The translations under genes and the position numbers were made by a program. The notes beneath the pieces were generated by a model, which did not search any database, was not told the origin of the DNA, and was given only the letters and a program-made list of their open reading frames with translations. Below are positions 57,101 to 64,000 of a stretch of DNA of 64,000 nucleotides, in pieces (the first letter of the stretch is position 1; the number at the start of each line of letters is the position of its first letter). The stretch is from an uncultured Planctomycetaceae bacterium (GTDB lineage: Bacteria > Planctomycetota > Planctomycetia > Pirellulales > PALSA-1355), in assembly GCA_963828155.1 (NCBI GenBank), contig CAWHDQ010000006.1, forward strand, positions 282,119-346,118, given 5' to 3'.

Positions 57101-57561
57101 ATTGGGCACCGCTTTCGACGCCGCGGCGCTACTGGCCAGGCCCGGTGACTCCGAGCGCGGCAAGGCAATCTTCTTTCAACTCTCGGGCGTCCAGTGCAAG
57201 AATTGCCACCGGATCGGCGAGACAGGGGGCTCCATCGGCCCCGAATTGGACCACGTCGGCAAAAAGCTCAATCGGGCCCAGCTGCTCGAAAGCCTGGTCG
57301 AGCCGTCCAAAACGATCGATCCCAAGTTTACCGTCTACCTCGTCGAGACGACCGCCGGTCAGACCTACAGCGGCCAGCTCGTCGAACGGACGGCCGAGCA
57401 AATCGTGCTCAAGGACGCCGAAGGCAAAATCATCCCCGTGCCGGCGGGCGAAGTGGAAAAGGTTTCGCAGCTGACCAAGTCGCTGATGCCCGACCAATTG
57501 CTCCGCGACCTCAGCCCAGCAGGCCGCCGACCTGCTCGAATACTTGGAATCGCTGAAGTAG
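54183..57561 (+). CDS. large secreted glucose/sorbosone-dehydrogenase-like beta-propeller protein with three CxxCH heme-c motifs and a PVC-type heme-binding C-terminal domain; four frame breaks
   Basis: MQSFWSRLCVIALLAAVLGLA signal/anchor. GGHNGGCLEFGPDGCLYISSGDGG, GEIWAYGFRNPWKMSFD, NYGWS. CLQCH, CSHCH, CKNCH. Tail SLMPDQLLRDLS-QQAADLLEYLESLK*. Pieces from 54183, 54580..54948, 54767..56083 and 55350..57596 join near 54305-54315, 54760-54770, 55508-55520 and 57510-57520. Confidence 0.8.
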
Positions 57562-57706
57562 GACGAGTGCCGCTTCGAGTCCGGTCGAACCGATGACGAA
57601 CGGCGGCACCGCGCAGCGAGCCGTGGGGCTCGTCCCCACGGTATGCCCGGCGCCGAAATCGGCGCTGCGCCAATCGGGAGCGTGGCGTCAATCTGCCTGG
57701 CACGCC

Positions 57707-58532
57707 CTACCGCCCTGCCAGTTCTTGCCGCAAGGCGACCAACAAGTCGGGCCGATTCGTGATGATGCCGCTCACGCCCCAGGCGGCCAGCGTGCGCATT
57801 TGCTCCGGTTCGTCGACAGTCCAGGCCCAGCAGCCCAGCCCCCGGCGCGAATTTGGCCGACCAAATTGGCGGAGAGTTGCTCGTGGTCCCAGGCGAGCAG
57901 AGGCAGTTGTCGCCGCTCGATTTCGTCGAGTCGCTCTGAGGTAAGCTCATCCTCGCCCAGGGCCGCCAGAACCAATTCGGGCGCGAGCCGCCGACAAGCC
58001 GACAGAAACTCCCAATCAAATGCCTGAACCACAACCCGGTCTAGTGCGTTCAAACGTCCGAGCAGTTCGAGGCACCGCTCGGCCGGCCCCGCCTTGCGCT
58101 CGATGAGCACGAGCGCGCGGGGAACAATCAGCTCCACGGCCGCGGCGAGCGTGGGAATCCGGCGCCGGCGAATGCGGGCTGGAAACAACCGCCGGCATCC
58201 AGGGCGGACAACTGCTCGGCCGTCCAGTGATCCAGTCGATCGCTGGGCGCCAGCGCCGCATGCCGCCGCCAGTCGGTGGTGCGGTCGAGCCGCTCGTCGT
58301 GAAACACCAGCGGCACGCCGTCGGCCGATTCGCGGCAGTCGAGCTCGACCAGATCGACGCGGTCGGATCCATCGGCGGCGCCGCCGATTTGGAGCGCCGC
58401 TTGAAACGCCGGCAGCGTATTCTCCGGGGCGACGGCGCTCGCCCCGCGATGGGCAATCGCCAATAGCCGGCCGGACTCGATCAACTGGCGGGCCGTCGGA
58501 CGAGCGGGGGAAAGGTCGGCGGTTCCACTCAT
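57707..58532 (-). CDS. glycerophosphodiester phosphodiesterase (GDPD) family protein; two frame breaks
   Basis: LLAIAHRGAS..APENTLPAFQAAL...VELDCRESADGVPLVFHD; AFAGA / RIPTLAAAVELI near 58155-58165; IRAGG / LGCWAWTVDEPEQMRTLAAWGVSGIITNRPDLL at the C5 run 57839-57843 (six would restore the frame). Confidence 0.82.
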
Positions 58533-58560
58533 CGCCAGGCGCTGATCGCGATCCTCAGGA

Positions 58561-59049
58561 CTATTTCTTTTTTTCGACAGCGGGCTTTTCGTCTCGCGTG
58601 CTGGAATACAGATGCAACGCTTCGCCCGTGGCAAACCGAAACACCAGCCGCCCGCTCGGCGGCAACAGCTTGATTGCCGCGGGGGTGAGGAAGTCGATGG
58701 CGCAATCGCTGCCGTCGAGGTCGACGCTCACGCCCTTGACCTGCATCAGGTTGATGTAGGTATTGCCGCGGCGCTGCTTGACGGCGGGAAAATATCGCAC
58801 CGTGTCCCACTTCTTGGCCCCCTTGACCAGGATCCGCACGTGGCGGAATTCGGTATCGTCCCAATCGAAGTCGACCGTAAACTGATCGTCCAGGGGTTTG
58901 AGGACGACGAGGAATTCCTTTCCCTTGTCGGTAATCTCCTGGCGAACGATCTCGACGTGCTTGCCCTGGTACGTGTCGATCTTGGCCACTTCGACTGGCG
59001 CGCTGGGGTCGTACGTCAAGGTCGCCAGCAGCAGGACCAGAGATTGCAT
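58561..59049 (-). CDS. hypothetical protein, possibly secreted
   Basis: Intact 162-aa ORF with normal amino-acid composition (K/D/E/V-rich, unlike antisense artefacts) and a hydrophobic N-terminus MQSLVLLLATLT. I recognise no domain. Confidence 0.55.
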   Translation of the reverse strand: MQSLVLLLATLTYDPSAPVEVAKIDTYQGKHVEIVRQEITDKGKEFLVVLKPLDDQFTVDFDWDDTEFRHVRILVKGAKKWDTVRYFPAVKQRRGNTYINLMQVKGVSVDLDGSDCAIDFLTPAAIKLLPPSGRLVFRFATGEALHLYSSTRDEKPAVEKKK

Positions 59050-59162
59050 GACCGGGACCGTCGCGTGGGGATGACCGTGGGGCGGGAACGACGCTCAGCC
59101 CAAAAAAACAGGGCCGCAGCGGCGGCCCTATTGTACCATGCCCGGAAGCGCGACGGCGCACG

Positions 59163-60125
59163 TCATTCCGGGAACAGTTTGGTCGACAGGTAGCGCTCGC
59201 CCAGGTCGGGCAGCACGGCCACGATCAGCTTGCCGGAGTTTTCCGGTCGCTTGCCCAGCTCCAGGGCGGCCCAAGCGGCCGCGCCGCAGCTGATCCCGCA
59301 CATGAAGCCCTCTTGCTTGGCCAGCTGCCGCGAGGTTTCCATGGCGTCCTCGTCCTGCACGGTGACGACGTCGTCGAGGATGTCGACGTTCAGGATGTCG
59401 GGAATGAAGCCGGCCCCGATCCCCTGGATCGTGTGCTTGCCGGGCTTGAGGTCCTGGCCGGCCCGCCGCTGGGTGATGACCGGGCTGTTGGCCGGTTCGA
59501 CCGCCACGATCTTCACGCCCGGCTTGCGCAACTTGAGCACTTCGCCCACGCCGGTGATCGTGCCGCCGGTGCCCACGCCGGCCACGAAGATGTCGATCTG
59601 GCCGTCGGTGTCGCGCCAGATTTCCTCAGCCGTGGTCTTGCGATGGATCTCGGGGTTGGCCGGATTCTTGAACTGCTGCGGCATGAAGTAGTTCTTGTTC
59701 TCCCGCACCAGCTCCTCGGCCCGCCGCACGGCGCCCGGCATGCCTTCGGCCGCGGGCGTGAGGATGATTTCCACACCGAACGCCTTGAGTAGCCGCCGCC
59801 GCTCGAGGCTCATGCTCTCGGGCATCGTGACCTTGAGCTTGTACCCGCGGGCGGCCGCCACATAGGCCAGGGCGATGCCCGTGTTGCCGCTGGTGGGTTC
59901 GATGATGACCGTGTCCGGCTTGAGCATGCCGTCGCGCTCGGCGGCATCGATCATCGCCCGGCCGATGCGGTCCTTGACGCTCCACAGCGGGTTGAAGTTT
60001 TCCAGCTTGCCGACCACGGTCGCCACGCAGCCCTGGCTGATATGGTTGAGCTTCACCAGCGGGGTATTGCCAATGCAGCGCGTGATGTCTTCGCGAATGC
60101 CCTTGGGCAGGGTTGCCGTGGCCAT
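59163..60125 (-). CDS. cysK: cysteine synthase A (O-acetylserine sulfhydrylase)
   Basis: [12 protein letters not shown]-lysine region [34 protein letters not shown] 60125 is preferred over the ORF start 60242. Confidence 0.93.
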   Translation of the reverse strand: MATATLPKGIREDITRCIGNTPLVKLNHISQGCVATVVGKLENFNPLWSVKDRIGRAMIDAAERDGMLKPDTVIIEPTSGNTGIALAYVAAARGYKLKVTMPESMSLERRRLLKAFGVEIILTPAAEGMPGAVRRAEELVRENKNYFMPQQFKNPANPEIHRKTTAEEIWRDTDGQIDIFVAGVGTGGTITGVGEVLKLRKPGVKIVAVEPANSPVITQRRAGQDLKPGKHTIQGIGAGFIPDILNVDILDDVVTVQDEDAMETSRQLAKQEGFMCGISCGAAAWAALELGKRPENSGKLIVAVLPDLGERYLSTKLFPE

Positions 60126-60343
60126 GGGTGTCCTTTCGTCGAATGCTCGAAAAATGCCGGCTTCCGCGGTCGGGCCCCGCTTCTGCGACCTTGCAGTGCC
60201 GATTTGCCCGGGATTATAGCGGTCCGTGCGCAGAGCGGTCAACGCTGCGGCGCGCTCCCGCCCAGCAACCGGCGCGCTCGAGGTCGAAGACGCCCGGGCG
60301 AATTGTTAAAGGCGTGTAAAAAAACCGCCAGCGTGCGCCCGGC

Positions 60344-61120
60344 TCACGGCAGCTTCTGCTCGAACATCCAGGGGAGTACGCCTTCGGGGTCGGTGTAGGC
60401 CTTCGTCCAGCTGTCGTGGCCCACGCCCTTGAGCTCGGTGTACTTGGGCTTGCCGCCGGCCGCCTCGATGGCGGCGATCATCTTCCGCGAGCGCTCGACC
60501 GGCACGGCGCCGTCGGCATCGCCATGCCACGCCCAGACCGGAACCTTGACCAGCCGATTGGCCAACCGCTCATCGCCGCCGCCGCAGATCGGGGCCACGG
60601 CGGCGAACCGCTCGGGCATCCGCTCGGCGAGGTCCCAGCTGCCGTAGCCGCCCATCGACAGCCCGGTCAGATAGATCCGTTGCTTGTCGATCGGCTCGGT
60701 CTTAAGCAGTTCGTCCAGCATGGCGACCGCGGCTTTCATCGACCCGGTCAGTTCAACCTGCTCGATAGGGCCCTTCGAGGCCCAGTCGACATCGGACCAC
60801 TTTTTGCCGTTGGGACATTGCGGAGCGATCACAAAACAAGGGTACTTGGCCCGGTTCTCCGCGCTGGCGAGCCACTCGGGAAGATAGGCCAGCTGGGCCT
60901 TGTTGTCATTGCCGCGCTCGCCCGCGCCGTGCAGAAACAGCACCACCGGATACTTCTTGCCCGGCTCGATCTTTTCGGGCTTGAGCAAGCGGTAGGGATA
61001 GGCCTGGGTGCCGTCGGGCGTGGCCAGTTCCAACGTCCGGGCTTCGTACAGGGCAACCGTCTCAGCCGTCGGCATGGCGCTCAGCTCCAAGGCCACCAAG
61101 GCCGCCAGGGTGGTAATCAT
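60344..61120 (-). CDS. secreted alpha/beta-hydrolase (phospholipase/carboxylesterase-type esterase)
   Basis: Signal-like MITTLAALVALELSAMPTAE; YPVVLFLHGAGERG; nucleophile elbow GLSMGG; WHGDADGAVP; GVGHDSW. The start is uncertain (61120, 61159 or 61210). Confidence 0.8.
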   Translation of the reverse strand: MITTLAALVALELSAMPTAETVALYEARTLELATPDGTQAYPYRLLKPEKIEPGKKYPVVLFLHGAGERGNDNKAQLAYLPEWLASAENRAKYPCFVIAPQCPNGKKWSDVDWASKGPIEQVELTGSMKAAVAMLDELLKTEPIDKQRIYLTGLSMGGYGSWDLAERMPERFAAVAPICGGGDERLANRLVKVPVWAWHGDADGAVPVERSRKMIAAIEAAGGKPKYTELKGVGHDSWTKAYTDPEGVLPWMFEQKLP

Positions 61121-61372
61121 GGCAGGGTCGTCTCCAGGGTGAGGGTGGAGGTAAAGCATGCCCGAGCGTCTGCGGGAAATCAAGTCAACCGCCGATGCCC
61201 CAGCCTGCATTCGAGGCCGGGGAGCGATGGCAGGCCAGGCCGCGGGCGGGGGCCGTTTTTGCCGCGCTGATTGGATTGATCGAGACTGCGTGCTAGGTCA
61301 AGATAAGAGACCAGCTTTTCGCTCGCTGTTCTCGTCCCGGCCACTCCTCTGGCACTCGACAGGCAGTGGAAT

Positions 61373-64000
61373 ATGCCCATCGAAAACTTTTGCGATTCGT
61401 GCGGCAAGCTGCTGCGAGTGCCCGATCAATTTGCGGGCAAGCGTGTGAAGTGCCCCAGCTGCGGCGGGGCGGTCTCGATGCCGGCAGCCGGCCAGGTTGT
61501 CGTCAAGGTCGCGCCCGTTGACCAGCCGCAAGCTCGCGCCCAACCCAAAGTCGCCCGGCCAAAGCGCGCGAATCCAGAAAGCGCCGGCCCAACCCAAGCC
61601 CGCCACCAGTGCGGCGGAGCCCCAGTCCCCCGTCCCACGGGTGACGGCCCGACCCGTGAAGGTCGTCCCGATTCAGCCGGAAAGCCTGCCGGAACCGAAC
61701 GGGCTCGGCGCCAACCTGGACGAATTCGGCGAGCTGATGCAGTCGGGCGGCGAGCTGGCTGCGGCCGGCGCTGTTTTCGGCACCGCTGCCGGCGCGGCGC
61801 CGCCCGACGCCCTGGCTGAAGATCGGCGGCGCGGCACTCGCCGGGGTGGCGGCCCTGGTGGGCGTGGTCTCGGCGATTGTCTCACTCAACGGCAATTCGG
61901 GGGACGCGCCGGCCCCGCATCCAGTGGCCGCGAACTCCAGTGGGCCATTGCCAGTCGCGCCCATTGCCGGAGGCATTCCGTCCGCGGAAGCAGGATCGTT
62001 GCCAGCGACGGGCTCGGCACCAACCGCCGCTGGACTGACGCCGGTTTGGGTCAAGAAAGGGGACCTCGAACAAGCCGATCTGCAACTGGCGGGCACGCCG
62101 GGGCAACCAGGGGGCGGCATGAAGCTATATCTCTACCGCCCCGCGGGTCAGATCGAGCCGCACACCTTGCCCTGCATTTTCATGGCTCCAGCCGGGGCCA
62201 CGGTCCTTTCGGGCATGTCGCTAGGAGAAGGAGATCGGACCGAGCATTATCCCTGGGCTCTGGCGGGCTACTTTGTCGTTAGCTATGAGATCGACGGCGA
62301 CGTCGGCGACCTGGCCAAATCGACGGTTGCCGATTTGCAAGTGGCCTTCCGCAAATTCGCCGCGGCCGAGGCCGGGCTCACCAATGCCCGCCTGGCCATG
62401 CGAACCGCGCTGGCAAGTTGTCCGGAAATCGATCCGCAGCAATTGTTCGTCGTCGGGCACAGTTCGGCCGCGACGTTGGCCTTGATCCTCGCCGAGAACG
62501 AGCCGAACTTGCGCGGCTGCGTAGCATTTGCCCCCGTTTCAAACATGGTCGAGCGGGCGTCCGACGGTGGCGGCGATTTGTTCCGCCTGGTGCCGGGATC
62601 CGAGGCCTTCGTCCAGAAATACTCGCCGCACTTACACGTGCAATCGTTCGGCTGCCCGCTGTACTTGTTTCATGCTCAGGACGACGACAACGTTCCTTTT
62701 CAGCAAAGCCAGACCTTTGCGAACCTGCTCCGCGGGCAGGGAAAGGAAGTCCACTTGGCCCAAACCAACGTTGGCGGGCATTACGAATCGATGGTGAAGT
62801 CTGGCATTCCGTTGGCCATCGACTGGCTGGCCAAACAGCGCGGCATCGACCCGCGCCGCCCGGCGGCGAAGACGCCCCCTGCGAAGACGCCGCCCGCCCA
62901 GCCTGATTCGCCCGCTGAAACACCGGTCGCCGGCCCGCCGCCGATTCCCATGCTGCCGGGGTTCCCGGGCCGACCGGAAACGCCGAAAGCCAAGCTCGCT
63001 CCTGGCTCACCCCCCGCGCAGTGGCAAGTCGAATCTGATGGAGTCGAGCTGACCGCGGGCGAGTGGAGCAAGCGCCGGCGCCGTGCCGGTGGATGGAGCG
63101 TACGATCACAAATCGGTCGGATTGCCAGCCTACGCCAGTCCGCTGGTAGCGGTCCGTGATCCACAGCACACGATCGGCATCTGGAACCTCGCCACAGCCA
63201 AACGCGTGGAACAGATCAAGGCCCGGGGCATCGACCAACTGCAGTCGCTGGCGCTGAGCCCCGACGCAAAATATCTGGCAGGGCGCAATTGGAATTCGCT
63301 CGAAGTCTGGGATTGCAGCTCGGGGCGCCGGATCGTCAAAACGGAGGTCCAATTGCATGGTGACCACTCTATCCAATTCGCCGGTCTCGAACGGTTGATT
63401 TGCGTCGAGCAGCGCAACGGCAAGGCAACCGCGTCGGTCTTTGGGCTGCCCAAGGGTCAGCTGGAACATCAGATCGAGCTGGGGGAATGGACCTTTAACA
63501 CCGCTCAGCTCGCCATGAGCCCCGGCGGACGCTATCTGGCGATCTGCGGCAAGACTCTGCGGCTGGTCTCTGTGGCTGATGGCGAAACGGCCGGCGAGGT
63601 CGCCTGGCCCAAGGCCCAGCAGGCCGGTCACCCGGTCGAGCTCGCCCCCTCGGCCGCGGCGTTTTCGCTCGACGGTACGCGACTCGTCACACTCTGCCGC
63701 GCCGGCGCCGACACGTTGGCGATCGTCTGGAACGTCGCCACCGGCGAGGTTGTGCAGCATGTATCAATCGCCGACCGCGGGTTCGGCTTTGGCTGGCGCG
63801 GGCAGCGGGCGATTCAGTGGTCGCCCGATCAAAAACACTGGCTGCTCTACGAACGGGCCCTCGCTGCGGCCGAAACCGGCGAGATCGTCTGGCCTCCCAA
63901 CGCCACGCCCCGGCACGATGCCCCGGCGGTAGCCTGCTACGTCGATAACGATCGGGTGCTGATGATTAGCGGCTCGGGCTTCAGTTACAACGCGACGGTC
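61373..64000 (+). CDS. multidomain protein: N-terminal zinc ribbon, Pro-rich linker, TM helix, alpha/beta-hydrolase (dienelactone-hydrolase-like), Pro-rich linker, WD40-like beta-propeller; three frame breaks; runs off the right edge
   Basis: MPIENFCDSCGKLLRVPDQFAGKRVKCPSCGG; WLKIGGAALAGVAALVGVVSAIV; VVGHSSAATLAL...HAQDDDNVPF...VGGHYES. From ~63085 an open frame with no stop to 64000 reads TIGIWNLATAKRVEQIK...LALSPDAKYLAG...LEVWDCSSGRRI...FSLDGTRLVT...LAIVWNVATGEVV. Breaks near 61565-61600 (poorly placed), 61808-61813 and 63078-63083. Confidence 0.7.

Overview
High-GC bacterial chromosomal segment. G+C looks like roughly two-thirds by eye; I did not compute it. The gene content points to Planctomycetota, probably Pirellulales-like: a DUF1501 plus DUF1549/DUF1553 pair, a YTV-type Cys-rich repeat envelope protein, DUF1080, and a dehydrogenase with the Pirellula/Verrucomicrobium-type heme-binding tail. 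I support about 48 protein-coding genes. Housekeeping genes include ppdK, der, carA, proA, murD, hppA, cstA, cysK and two phosphohexomutases, alongside many secreted or envelope proteins. I saw no rRNA, tRNA, CRISPR array, transposase or integrase. Three things stand out. (1) About 30 single-nucleotide frame breaks split about 20 otherwise conserved genes. Several that I could resolve sit in short homopolymers, so the ORF track fragments real genes and fuses false ones. Assembly indels seem more likely than mass pseudogenisation, but I cannot decide this from sequence alone. (2) A minus-strand four-gene cassette (17764-22212) encodes a coiled-coil protein, an FGE-sulfatase-domain protein, a zinc-ribbon P-loop GTPase and a large uncharacterised partner. 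(3) A plus-strand three-gene operon (29281-34862) encodes an FHA-EAL protein, a wHTH-AAA+ ATPase and a Ser/Thr kinase fused to a tubulin/FtsZ-like GTPase domain (GGTGSG). Items 2 and 3 are the best candidates for undescribed systems. All domain calls come from motif reading by eye; no searches were run.
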